Part shown: one piece after another, positions 26,301 through 37,990 of the stretch
Position numbering within the stretch: position 1 is the first letter of the stretch
Layout of the letters: every line of letters starts with the position of its first letter
NCBI RefSeq assembly: GCF_030028105.1
Contig: NC_092376.1
Span: forward strand, 141,358,230 to 141,422,229
DNA from: Mobula birostris
Taxonomy: Eukaryota
Reading direction: 5' to 3'
Length of the DNA: 64,000 nucleotides
Program-made: the position numbers and the translations under genes
The notes under the pieces: model-generated
The model's database searches: none
The model's input: only the letters and a program-made list of their open reading frames with translations
What the model was told of the DNA's origin: nothing

Positions 26301-27810
26301 ATCATGAAAACTTCTAAGGAGGGGTGGGGGTGAATAATTTTGATAGGCACTATATGTAAAACTTTAGAGTTAGTATCAAATGGAGCACATGAGAATGATA
26401 AAGAAGCCAGAAAAGAACTCCAGAAGGGAATTAGGAGAGCCATGAGGGGCCATGAAAAGTCCTAGGCAAGTAAGATTAAGGTAAATCCTAAGGCATTATT
26501 GGGGCCTTGACCAGTAACTTTGTGTCTTTTTTCGGCACAGGTGAGGTCCCGGCGGACTGGCAAGTGGCTAATGTTGTGCCTCCGTTTAAGAAAGGATCAA
26601 AGGAAAATCCTGGAAACTATAGAACGGTGAGTCTCATGTTGGTTGTAAGGAAATTGCTGGAGAAAATTCTTAGGAATAGGACATATGAGTATTTGGCCTA
26701 ATTATGGAGAGCCAGCTTGGTTTTGTGCAGGGCAGGTCATGTCTTACCAACCTGAGTTTTCTGACAAGGTGACACGAGAGTTTGATGAAGGTAGATCAGT
26801 GGATGTTGTCTATAGGGACTTTTAGTAAGGCGTTTGACAACGTTCCTCATGGGAGGCTAATCCAGAAGATGAGGATGCAAGGGAGCCATGGCTAATTGGC
26901 TGTTTGGATTCAGACGTGGCTCACGAATAGAAGGCAGAGGGTAGTGGTCAAAGGGACTTATTTGAGCTAGAGATCTAATTAGTGGTGTTTTGGAGGGATC
27001 TGTGCTGGCACCTCTGCTGTTTGTGATAGATACTGTATATATAGAACAAGGGCAAGACCCTTAACAGTGTTGCTGAGCAGAGAGATCTTGGGGGCCAAGT
27101 TCATAGCTCTTTGAAAGTGGCTACAAAGCTTGTTAAGAACTTTGTTAAGAGCGGTTAAGAAGGCTTATGGAATGCTTGCTTTTATTAGTTGAGGCATTTA
27201 GTTCAAAAGTCAAGAGGTTATGTTGCAACTTTATAGAATTCTGGTTAGGCCACATCTGGAGTGTTGCATACAGTTCTGATCACCTCACTATAGGAAGGAT
27301 GTTGAGACTTTGAAGAGGGAACAGAAGAGATTTCCCAGGATGCTGCCTGGTTTAGAGGGCATGTGCTATCATGAGAGACTAGACAAACTTGGGTTGTTTT
27401 CTCTGGAGTGTCGGAGGCTGAGAGGAGATCTGATGGAGGTTATAAGTTTATGAGAGACTTAGATAGAGTAGACAGGGAGTATCTTTTTCCCGGGGTAGAA
27501 GTGTCTAGTACCAGAGGGCATGCTTTGAAGGTGAGAGGGGTTAGTTTCAAAGGGGATGTGAGGGGTAAGCTTTTTACTCAGGGAGTCATGGATGCCTGGA
27601 ATGCACTGCCTGGTATGGTGGTAGAGGCACATACATCAGAGGCTTTTGAGAGATGTTTAGGTAGACCCATGAATATGAGGAAGATGGAGGGATATGGATG
27701 TTATGTAGGTAGGAGGGATTAGTTTTGGTGTATTTTTTAAACGTTTTAGCTGGTTTGGCACAACATTGTGAGCCAAAAGGCCTGTATCTGTGCTGTACTG
27801 TTTGATGTTC
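23370..27810 (+). mobile_element. CR1 LINE (end of ORF1, endonuclease, RT, 3' tail), split by a Tc1 element
   Basis: LGNSDHNSLTF, WQVANVVPPFKKGSKENPGNYR and FTQGVMDAWNALP motifs. Confidence 0.9.
24543..26352 (-). mobile_element. Tc1/mariner element with long TIRs and a broken transposase
   Basis: Ends cagtgcctataaaaagtattca...tgaataattttgataggcacta|TA. ORF 25280-25522 (MKHGDGCIMWWGCF...GKMNAAQYREIL) is a Tc1 transposase core. Confidence 0.9.
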
Positions 27811-28091
27811 TATCCCAGAAGTCGTGGATGTGATGACCACTGTCAGTGCAATCAGGGAAAACATGAAATGAGAATATGATGGCAATTGGCAGAATCACTA
27901 ATGTGGACTTAGTGGCTCAGAATGATCTATTTTTGTGCCGCAAAGATTTTGAAACAGTATAGGTTGACTATAAAAATACTGAGTTTTGAATAAAATGGTT
28001 TTCTGAAATAAAATTTTACTCACTGTGTTTATAGTATAATTACTCTTTTAAGAACATGAATTAGAGAATGACTCGCAGTTTTCTTAAGGAG

Positions 28092-28275
28092 CACATATAA
28101 AATACTGGAGGATCTCAGCAAGTCAGGCAGCATCTCTGATGTTCTAATGAAAGCTCTTGGCCCGAAAAGTCGACTGTTTATTCCTCTCCCAAGATGCTGA
28201 CTGACTTGCTCAGTTCCTCCAGCATTTTTTTTTTGTCCAGTTCAAGATTTCCAGCATTTCCAGAATCTCTTGTGT
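28092..28275. mobile_element. PLE pLTR mini fold-back upstream of dck2
   Basis: Inverted pLTR arms with a degenerate hammerhead, ctaatgaaagctcttggcccgaaaagtcgactg. Confidence 0.7.
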
Positions 28276-28299
28276 TCAGACTTGACGTTTTCTTCCAGC

Positions 28300-28705
28300 A
28301 CTGGAGCCGAATGTTTCACCGTCTATGGCGCCGGTGGGTGGAAAAGTTTACTCCAACTGGTGTGCGAGGTAACACAGAAAACGTTCTTGCTTTTCTGGAT
28401 ATATAATTCTCCTTTCATTTCTTTTAAGTTTATCTTCGTGTCTCTTTTTTAAAGGAATGCCATTGTGGGATCGCAACTTTTCTAGGTTTATTATATCAGG
28501 TCACGACAGCTGAACGTAGTCGCTTGCAGTAGACAGAAAAGTTTAGCGGTTACACCAGTCGATTTTTTTTTGGCGGAAGATGCTTGATTCGAGAGCCCCG
28601 ACAGGAAAAGGCGTTACAAATGCTAGGGCACTCTGATCAGATCCCGCCACTTTCAAACGTCTCTAGTGCCGGCCGAGAGAAGTTGCAGAATCGTCCAGAG
28701 GGAGG
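28300..28705 (+). promoter_or_regulatory. CpG-rich promoter and 5'UTR of dck2
   Basis: Locally elevated CpG and an E2F-like TTTGGCGG at 28569-28576, directly upstream of the ATG at 28706. Confidence 0.6.
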
Positions 28706-28799
28706 ATGGCTACACCACCAAAAAGAATGTGCATCAGTCCTCTTTTCAATGATAGCTTTGAAAAGAGAGCTAAAAGAATTTCAATCGAGGGGAATATTG
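28706..28799 (+). CDS. dck2: Deoxycytidine kinase (dCK2-type) exon 1
   Basis: [31 protein letters not shown] followed by a gtgagt donor (phase 1). Start of the P-loop. Confidence 0.95.
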
Positions 28800-29459
28800 G
28801 TGAGTGAAATAGATTAGACACCTTTAGAATGAAAATAAGTGCATTTGGATTGGGCTCCCAGTTAAAGTTAGTGCTTTGGTTAGAATGGATATATGATTGT
28901 GATAACCTCATCTTTAAGGGTTTTATTTTATAGATTTAGAATTTTTTTAATCGAATAGGATGAAGACCAAAACTTGGCGCCATGTCTTTTGGCGGGCTAG
29001 AAGTTTCTGTTGTACTGTGAGCTACAAGATATATTTTCCTTTTCAGAAAAGTTTTATTTATCTCAAATATTACGTTAAATCATAATAACTAAAATATTTT
29101 CATTGTGGTATAAAAATCTTTACTAAGAAACAACGTTCTGATACCCTAGAAGCCAGTTGCGCGGGAAATCTTCCAATCAGTTTTGAGAGTTTAAAGTTCA
29201 GTAGCATTTTCCTTCGTTTTTTAGCCAGGTAGAATTGCCAAATCTTAACTCTTAATGTTTTTTGTTGTCTTTAATGACATTTCTTTGGCAGTGCTTTATT
29301 CTATCGTAATCAGTGTTGATTTTATTAACGATTAAGATAAGTATTGTTTAAAACAGTAATGACGTCTAAATTGTTTTAGTTAAATATATTTGCAGATGCA
29401 CTTTTTGATGCTTTTGTTTAAATTATATGAATAATCCTGAATTTACTCTGTTCAAATAG

Positions 29460-29575
29460 CTGCAGGGAAATCTACTTTTGTTCGGATTTTGGAACGAAGC
29501 AGTGATGAGTGGGAAGTTGTTCCCGAACCTATTGCGAAATGGTGTAACGTACAAACCACTGAAAATGAATACCAG
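29460..29575 (+). CDS. dck2: dCK2 exon 2 (116 nt)
   Basis: ag|(A)[38 protein letters not shown]|gt. P-loop GKST and catalytic EP motif. Confidence 0.97.
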
Positions 29576-29982
29576 GTATTTAATAAAAATAACATTTAAT
29601 ATATTTTGCTCTGCTTTAAAATCATAATTAATCGTCATTATTTCCCACCACATTTAGAAAACAGTTTTTTTAAAAGGAGGCTGAAAGTTACAACAAATGT
29701 ATGTTAACTTTCCTGAAATAATTGTTCCTGCTACACCTTGGGACTAAAATTATTTGCTGTATTCTAATTAATTGTAGTGTTAAGTTTGTTGAGCCCGCTA
29801 GTAAATTAATGAAGTTGCTTCCCTATTGCTAATGTCTGATGAGTGACGGAAAATTGTTGTCTGATTATGAGACTGATATTCAAATTCTAGTCGCACTGAA
29901 AGGTTGAATTATTTGGAATTTTTTAATGTAGATTTAGGGAAAGTGCCCCTAACTTCCTTTTGATTTTACTTTTACACAAAAG

Positions 29983-30176
29983 GAACTTACAACATCCCAA
30001 AAGAGTGGTGGCAATCTCCTCCAGATGCTCTATGACAAACCAAGTAGATGGGCATACACATTTCAAACTTACGCTTGTCTGAGTAGAGTTCGGGCACAGC
30101 TTAAGCCTTTGTCTTCCAAAATTCAGGAAGCAGAACATCCTATACAGTTCTTTGAAAGATCTGTATACAGTGACAG
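29983..30176 (+). CDS. dck2: dCK2 exon 3 (194 nt)
   Basis: [64 protein letters not shown](R). Contains the ERS motif; LYDKP.RWAY and EAEHP are dCK2-like. Confidence 0.97.
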
Positions 30177-30352
30177 GTGAGACAAAATAGTGATATAACT
30201 TTTTTGCCTCTAAAATTGTGTTAATATTGTTCTCATCTGTAAGGCTAAATTATTTGATCATGTTTATTGGTTTTAATATTTAGCAGTGTTCATTGTAGAA
30301 TACTGAGTTTTTATGATGTGATCGCTTCCTCCCCCCCCCCCCCCCCCATCAG

Positions 30353-30500
30353 GTATGTATTTGCCTCATCGTTGTTTGAATCTGGAAACCTTAATGAAAC
30401 TGAATGGTCCATTTACCAAGATTGGCATGCTTGGATATTGAACCAATTTGGTTCAGAAATCGAATTGGATGCCATAATCTACCTACGAGCAACTCCTGAA
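30353..30500 (+). CDS. dck2: dCK2 exon 4 (148 nt)
   Basis: [49 protein letters not shown]|gtaagg. Confidence 0.97.
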
Positions 30501-30584
30501 GTAAGGATCAGTGATTTTCTTTTCTTCTAATTTTAACTTTTCAAAGATTCCTGTAAACTGAATTTCTCACTTGTCCTTTCGTAG

Positions 30585-30700
30585 AAATGTATGGAGCGAC
30601 TTCATCTAAGAGGCCGTGAGGAAGAACAAGGAATTGAGTTAGAGTATCTAGAGAAATTAGATTATAAGCATGAATCATGGCTTCATAACCGAACAATGAA
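30585..30700 (+). CDS. dck2: dCK2 exon 5 (116 nt)
   Basis: [38 protein letters not shown](K)|gtgagt. LID motif RxxxRxRxEE. Confidence 0.97.
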
Positions 30701-30815
30701 GTGAGTAAGATGTATTTAATTTGTTGTAAATTTAAATTCCTTTTGGTAAATTATATAACTTTTTTTTGACAAAAGTCCTTTGAAAAGTTACTGATTTATT
30801 GTTGACCTGTTTCAG

Positions 30816-30915
30816 GGTTGACTTTGAATACTTGAAGGAGATTCCTATTTTGGTGCTAGATGTTAATGAAGATTTTAAGGATGACAAGATTAAACAAGAG
30901 GACATTTTAGAAAAG
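30816..30915 (+). CDS. dck2: dCK2 exon 6 (100 nt)
   Basis: [33 protein letters not shown]|gtaaat. Three residues longer than human DCK, as I recall for dCK2. Confidence 0.96.
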
Positions 30916-31090
30916 GTAAATTTAAATTAAATTTCTCCAGAAATTACAACTTTAAACCATTTTTGTATTTAGAAGATGGCAGGTTTATAAAACTTGCCCA
31001 TAGAGTCAGAGCCAAACAAATTTCAACATCTGGTGAATCAAAAATGGAGGGATACCTTTTTTGTTTAGAAAGCAAAATACTTTGATTCAG

Positions 31091-32437
31091 ACACAAAATG
31101 CTAGAGGAACTCATCAGGCCAGGCAACATCTATGGAAAATGAGAAGATGACGTTTTGGGCCAAAACCCTTTGGCAGGACTGGAGAAAAAAAAGCTGAGGA
31201 GTGGATTTGAAAGGTGGGGGGAGGGGAGAGAGAAACGCCAGGCAATAGGTGAAACATGGAGGGGGAGGGATGAAGCAAAGAGCTAGGAAGTTGATTGGTG
31301 AAAGAGACAGAAGGCCATAGAAGAAAGTGGGGGAGGAGCACCAGAGGGAGGTGCTGGGCGGGCAAGGAGATAACATGAGAGAGGGACACAGGGAATGGTG
31401 GAGGGGCTGGAGGCATTACTGGAAGTTTGAGAAATTGAAGTCCATACCATCAGGTTGGAGGCTACCGGAACAGAATATAAGGTTTTGTTCCTCCAACCTA
31501 AGTGTGGCCTTATCCCGATGGATGGACATATCAGAATGGGAAGTGGAATTAAAATAGGTGGCCACTGGGAGATCCTGCTTGTTCTGACGGATGAAGCGTA
31601 GATGCTCGGCGAAGTGGTTTCCCAATCTACGTCGGGTCTCACCAATATACAGGAGGTCACACCAGGAGTACTGAACACAGTATATGCCCCCAACAGACTC
31701 ACAGGTGATGTGTTGCTTCACCTGAAAGGACTGTTTGGAGCCCTGAATGGTAGTGAGGGAGGAGGTGTAGGGGCAGGTGAAGCAGTTGTTCTGCTTGCAA
31801 GGGTAAGTGCCAGGAGGGAGATCGGTGGGGAGGGACAAATGGACAAGGGAGTCACTTAAGGAGTGATCCCTGAAGAAAGCTGGTGAGGTGGTAGGGGAGG
31901 AACCCTAACCATGGTAGTGTGGTGGGAGGACGGGTTAAGAGCAGACGTGCATGAAATGGAAGAGATGCCTCCACTGTCGGGATATGGTAGGTTGGAGTAA
32001 CAAAACTTTACATTCCGTTTGGGTAACCTCCAACCTGATGGCATGAACATCGGTTTCTCAAACTAACAGTAATGCCTCCACCCCCCCCCCCACCATTTCC
32101 TATCCCTTGTCCCTCTCTTATGTCTGCTTATGCCTCCCTCTGGTGCTCCTCCTCTCCCTGCACTGCCCCTTCTTTCTTCTATGGCGTTGTCTCTTTCACC
32201 AATTAAGTTCCTAGATCCTTGCTTCATCCCTCCCCCTCCAAGTTTCACCTGTTGCCTGGTGTTTCTCTTTCCCCTCCCCTCACCTTTCAAATCTACTCCT
32301 CAACTTCTTTTCTCCAGTCCTGCCAAAGGGTTTCAGCCCAAAACGTCAACTGTACTTTTTTCCATAGATGCTGCCTGGCCTGCTGAGTTTTGTGTGTGTT
32401 GCTCAGATTTCTAGCATCTACAGATTTTCTCTTGTTT
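31091..32437. mobile_element. Inverted Penelope-like insertion in dck2 intron 6
   Basis: ORF 31416-31838 (-) is a GIY-YIG domain (CESVGGIYCVQY...LLYIGETRRRLGNHFAEH). 14-bp TSD atactttgattcag at 31077-31090 and 32438-32451. Confidence 0.92.
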
Positions 32438-32753
32438 ATACTTTGATTCAGGTTTGAATTGCCAATTCATTCAGAAGTTAAGTTGTTCCCTGTCATTCAG
32501 CTTTTGGATGTTTTAAACTTTCTGATTGACAAATCAAATTTAGTGAAGAGATAATGCTGATTTAGATAACGTAGGTCTTTTGACCATGTAAAATGATTTT
32601 CAAAAAACTTTAGTATCCAGTTGTTATTTTGTGTGCAGCTTTCATCTTTCATCGTTAATGGAACGTAATATTAATTCATTCTCATGTTAAGCACTTCAGT
32701 TGAAGTTCTATGACAGCCGTTAACACTTAAATGTGTGTTTTTCTTGTTAACAG

Positions 32754-32780
32754 GTGAAGGCATTCTTGCAGACATTATAG
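32754..32780 (+). CDS. dck2: dCK2 exon 7 (terminal, VKAFLQTL*)
   Basis: ttaacag|GTG AAG GCA TTC TTG CAG ACA TTA TAG. Spliced CDS totals 795 nt, i.e. 264 aa plus stop. Confidence 0.95.
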   Translation: MKAFLQTL

Positions 32781-33166
32781 CAGAAGGAAATTGATAACAA
32801 ACTTGAATGTTTTGCACTGACTTTTATCTGTTGTATGAACTTGGGAGTAAATAACTTGGATTTGAGAAATAAGTTTTATCTGAAAAACGCTTAGCATTGT
32901 TGGACTGGATGCAGGTTGCCCCTAATATAGCATGCACCAAATTTGGTATTCAGTCCAACATTCTCTACTCAAGCAATTGTAAATCTTTCACACAAACTGC
33001 ATTGCCAAATCACTTTTATGAAAATTGTTAATTGTTTCTTTCATGACCAGCATTTATTCCTTGATTTCATAGCTGACTTCATTTATTTGTAATTCAATTG
33101 ACACCAGTCATTTTTTTCCCTTTTAAGACGAATAGACTCATTTTAAAGTCATTACAATGAGAAAAT

Positions 33167-33344
33167 GTACAGTCGACGTTTCAGGCCGAGACCCTAGCTC
33201 TTCCTTCAGTTAGTCCTGACGAAGGGTCTTGGCCTGAAACGTCGACTGTACCTCTTCCTAGAGATGCTGCCTGGCCTGCTGCGTTCACCAAGCAACTTTG
33301 ATGTGTGTTGCTTGAATTTCAAGCATCTGCAGAATTCCTCGTGT
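33167..33344 (+). mobile_element. Short PLE pLTR insertion in the probable dck2 3'UTR
   Basis: 15-bp TSD ttacaatgagaaaat at 33152-33166 and 33345-33359, with a 29-nt inverted 5' piece. Confidence 0.9.
33207..33248 (+). ncRNA. Minimal type-I hammerhead ribozyme motif (PLE-type)
   Basis: tagtc-CTGACGA-agggtcttggcct-GAAA-cGTC-gactg: complete core, helix I tagtc/gactg, helix II agg/cct, palindromic ACGT helix III. Confidence 0.75.
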
Positions 33345-33550
33345 TTACAATGAGAAAATACTTTTTTTGTATTTTTTGTGTTTTATTATGATTTTTCTGT
33401 ATCTTTGGAAAGTGTTTTGGTGGCATTTGGCCATGTGCTTCTTGTTACAGCTATATTCTACATATTCCTTTGAAAATGGAAATTACTATGGGAACAAGTA
33501 TTAAATAGCAAAGCACCTCTTATAGACTGAGCTTGATGTAATGTGCAACT

Positions 33551-33556
33551 AATAAA
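33551..33556 (+). terminator. Probable poly(A) signal of dck2
   Basis: First AATAAA after the stop codon (ATTAAA at 33500, a second AATAAA at 33651). Confidence 0.55.
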
Positions 33557-34084
33557 TCATTTATTAGAGATTCTGGTATCTTCCTACATATTTATTCGGC
33601 TTTCAGCACAATATATAAATCCATTGAATTTTGCTTCGTTCTTCACTTTCAATAAAAATAGATGTGAGTACCTGGTTTTCTTATATTCTGAGATTGCAAA
33701 CTAAACCAAATGTCTACAGTTATTTGTTAATCTTTGGATTTAAATTTAACCTTAGTTGGGCATATATTAGTTTAAAGAACACTTCTATTAGGCAGCCAGT
33801 TTATCTTTATTACACAGAAGCTCATTACAATGAGCCAGAATGGAGGTGATTAGGTAATTCCTGGGAATTAAGCTTGGTGACCACACTTCTGAAGGTGACT
33901 AGTTAATTATGTTCAATAATCATTTACTCTGCACTTGCTGGGGAAATTGGCTTTTTTTTGGGGGAGGAATCGTTTTCTCTTGAGATTGTTTTCTCTGTTC
34001 ATGCAATAACAAGGTGCACCATCCGTAGATGAGAATAAGTTCAGAAGTTTACTGTGGCCAAAACTTAACAAAAGTAAGGTGGTT

Positions 34085-37000
34085 GTATAGTCAATAGGTG
34101 CAGGAGTAGGCCATTTGGCCCTTTGCGCCAGCACTGCCATTCACTGTGATCATGGCTGATCATCCACAGTACCCTGTTCTTTCCTTCTCCCCATATCCCT
34201 TAACTCTGCTATCTTTAAGAGCTCTATCTAACTCTTTCTTGAAAGAATCCAGAGAATTGGCCTCCACTGCCTTCTGAGGCAGAGCATTCCACAGATACAC
34301 AACTCTCTGTGAAAAAGTTTTTCCTCCACTCCGTTCTAAATGATCTACCCCTTATTCTTAAACTGGCCTCTGGTTCTGGACTCCCCCAACATCGGGAACA
34401 TGTTTCCTACCTCTAGTGTGTCCAATCCCTTAATAATCTTATATGTTTCAATCAGATCCCCTCTCATCCTTCTAAATTCCAGTGTGTACAAGCCCAGTCA
34501 CTCCAATCTTTCAACATATGACATTCCCGCCATCCCTGGCATGAACCCAGTGAACCTACACTGCACTCCCTCCAGAGCAAGAATGTCCTTCCTCAAATTT
34601 GGAGACCAAAACTGCACACAATACTCCAGGTGGGGTCTCACCAGAGCCTTGTATGATTGCAGAAGGGCCTCTTTGCTCCTATACTCAACTCCCCTTGTTA
34701 TGAAGGCCAACATGCCATTAGCTTTCTTCACTGCCTGCTGTACCTGTACGCTTACTTTCAGTGACTGATGAAGGACACCCAGATCTCGTTGTACCTCGCC
34801 TTTTCCTAACTTGACACCATTCAGATAGTAATCTGCCTTCCTGTTCTTGCCACCAAAGTGGATAAAATAGAAAATAGGTGCAGGAGTAGGCCATTCGGCC
34901 CTTCAAGCCTGCACTGCCATCTATTATGATCATGGCTGATCATCCAACTCAGAACCCTGCACCAGCCTTCCCTCCATAACCCCTGATCCCTGTAGCCACA
35001 AGGGCCATATCTAACTCCCTCTTAAATATAGCGAATGAACTGGCCTCAACTGTTTCCTGTGGCAGCGAATTCCACAGATTCACCACTCTCTGTGTGAAGA
35101 AGTTTTTCCTAATCTCAGTCCTAAAAGGCTTCCCCCTTATCCTCAAACTGTGACCCCTCGTTCTGGACTTCCCTAACATCGGGAACAATCCCCCTGCATC
35201 CAGCCTGTCCAATCCCTTTAGGATTTTATACGTTTCAATCAGATCCCCCCTCAATCTTCTAAATTCCAACGAGTACAAGCCTAGTTCATCCAGTCTTTCT
35301 TCATATGAAAGTCCTGCCATCCCAGGAATCAATCTGGTGAACAACTTCACATTTATCCACATTAAACTGCATCTGCCCACTCACCCAACCTGTCCAACTC
35401 ACCCTGCATTCTCATAACATCCTACTCACATTTCATACTGTCACCCAGCTTTGTGTCATCTGCAAATTTGCTAATGTTACTTTTAATCCCTTCATCTAAA
35501 TCATTAATGTATATTGTAAATAGCTGCGGTCTCAGCACCGAGCCTTGCAGTACCCCACTAGTCACTGCCTGCCAATCTGAAAAGGACCCATTAATCCCTA
35601 CTCTTTGTTTCCTGTCTGCCAACCAATTTTCTATCCATGTCAGTACCCTACCCCCAATACCATGTGCTGTAATTTTGTCCACTAACCTCCTATGTGGGAC
35701 CTTATCAAAGGCTTTCTGAAAATCCAGGTACACAACATCCACTGGCTTTCTCATGTCTATTTTCATAGTTACATCCTCAAAAATTTCCAGAAGATTAGTC
35801 AAGCATGATTTCCCCTTCGTAAATCCATGCTGACTTGGACCAATCCTGCTATTGCTATCCAAATATGCCGCTATTTCATCTTTGTAATTGACTCCAGCAT
35901 CTTCCCCACCACTGAAGTCAGACTAACTGGTCTATAATTGCCTGTTTCCTCTCTCCCTCCTTTCTTAAAAAGTGGAGTAACATTAGCTACCCTCCAATCC
36001 GCAGGAACTGATCCTGAATCTATAGCACATTGGAAAATGATTACCAATGTGTCCACGATTTCTAGAGCCACCACCTGGGGTGCAGATCATCAGGCCCTGG
36101 GGACTTACCAGCCTTCAGTTCCATCAGTTTACCCAACACCATTTTCTGCCTAATGCGAATTTCCTTCAGTTCCTCCGTTACCCTCAGTCCTCTGGCCACT
36201 ATTACATCTGGGAGATTGTCTGAGTCTTCCCTAGTGAAGACAGATCCAAAGTACCTGTTCAGCTCGTCTGCCATTCCTTGTTCTCCATAATAATTTCACC
36301 CGTTTCTGTCTTCAAGGGCCCAACTTTGGTCTTAACTAATTTTTTCCTCTTCACATACCTAAAGAAGCTTTTGCTATCCTCCTTTATATTCTTGGCTAGC
36401 TTACCTTCGTACCTCATCTTTTCCCCCCGTATTGCCTTTTTAGTTATCTTCTGTTGCTCCTTAAAAGTCTCCCAATCCTCTGGCTTCCTGCTCATCCTTG
36501 CTATGTTATACTTCCTCCCTTATTTTTATACTGTCCTTGACTTCCCTTGTCATCCACAGTCGCCCCTTACTCCCCTTAGAATCTTTCTTCCTCTTTGGAA
36601 AGAACTGATCCTACACCTTCTGTAATATTACCAGAAATACCTGTCATTGTTGTTCCACTGCTGGCCCTGCTAGGGTATCTTTCCAGTTAACTTTGGCCAG
36701 CTCCACCCTCATGTGTCCATAGTCCCCTTTGTTCAACTGTAATACTGACACTTCCGATTTTCCCTTCTCCCTCAAATTGTAGATTAAAACCTTTCATATT
36801 ATGGTCACTACCTCCTAATGTCTCCTTTACCTTGAGTTTCCTTATCGAATCTGGCTCATTACACAACACTAAATCCAGAATTGCCTTCTCCCTGGTAGGC
36901 TCTAATACAAGCTGCTCTAAGAATCCATCTCTGAGGCATTCCACAAACTCCCTTTCTTGGGGTCCAGTACCAACCTGATTTTCCCAGTCTACCTGCATGT

Positions 37001-37235
37001 TGAAATTCCTCCATAACAACTGTAGAATTATGTTTGCGACATGCCAATTTTAACTCTTGATTTAACTTGCACCCTAGATAACTCCCATTAGTGTCTTTTT
37101 GCCCTTACAGTTTCTCAGTTCTATCCATACTGACTACATCTCCTGATTCTATGTCCCCCCTCGCAAGGGATTGAATTTCATTCCTCACCAACAGAGCCAC
37201 CCCACCCCCTCTGACAAACTGTCTGTCCTTTCGAT
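34085..37235 (-). mobile_element. CR1 LINE (endonuclease and RT) with a nested second CR1 3' end at ~34865-35340
   Basis: ORFs 35422-35862 (QHGFTKGKSCLTNL, YLDFQKAFDKVPH, FADD), 34949-35380 and 36687-37019. Confidence 0.92.
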
Positions 37236-37744
37236 AGGATGTCTGACACCACAGCCTTTTCTGAGCTCTGTCAAGAGAAGAGATTACCAAGGAGACAGGA
37301 GTAAAGATTCAGGGGGTTCTCAAAAAGGATTACAATATCCTTACTGTCTCCCAGGAATCTCTGATCCATTACTGTGTAAAGATCAAGCCTGGAACATGCA
37401 GGAGCAGCAAAAGGACTGAATCGGTAAAGCAGATAGCTAAGGATAGCATGTGGCTTTTGAGATAGCTGCAGCAGTGCATGCTGTATAAATTGTTTAAGAA
37501 TCACATATGATTCATGAAAGGTAAAGACAATGATTAGATAGCAACACATTTTAAAAGTCTATGATAGGAAATAGAGGAGATATAGTAATGTGTTGATCCC
37601 AAGTGGGAACTTATTTTGTTATAGTAGCATTTAAAAACACTCAGCAATAATAAATATAATAATAACTGATAAAGTACAGAATAATAATAACCACAATAAT
37701 TTACTAATGTGTAATAATAATGTACGAAATAATAAAACACTATT

Positions 37745-37990
37745 GTACTATGATGTGTGTTCTCCTGTCACACAGAGATGAATTGTTAAGTATGCTTATT
37801 GCATCTGGTGGGAAAGATTTTCTGTAATGAGCTTTGTGACAGCAGAGCTGAATGAATCTGTTTGAAAGGGTGCTCCACTGCCTATTCAGTAGGTCATGGA
37901 GAGGATGTGCCTGATTGTCCATGATAGATAATAGTTTGTTTAGTGACGTCCTCTTCACCACTAACTCAAAAGAGTCCAGTTTGGGCCACT
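37745..37990 (-). mobile_element. Rex1-like LINE 3' fragment
   Basis: ORF 37740-38036 (KLLSIMDNQAHPLHDLL...YRKSFPPDAI). Confidence 0.6.

Noticed and set aside
30331-30347. C17 run as the polypyrimidine tract of dck2 exon 4
   Set aside because: Similar C/G homopolymers occur elsewhere (~21254, ~38698, ~39597); ordinary slippage tracts.
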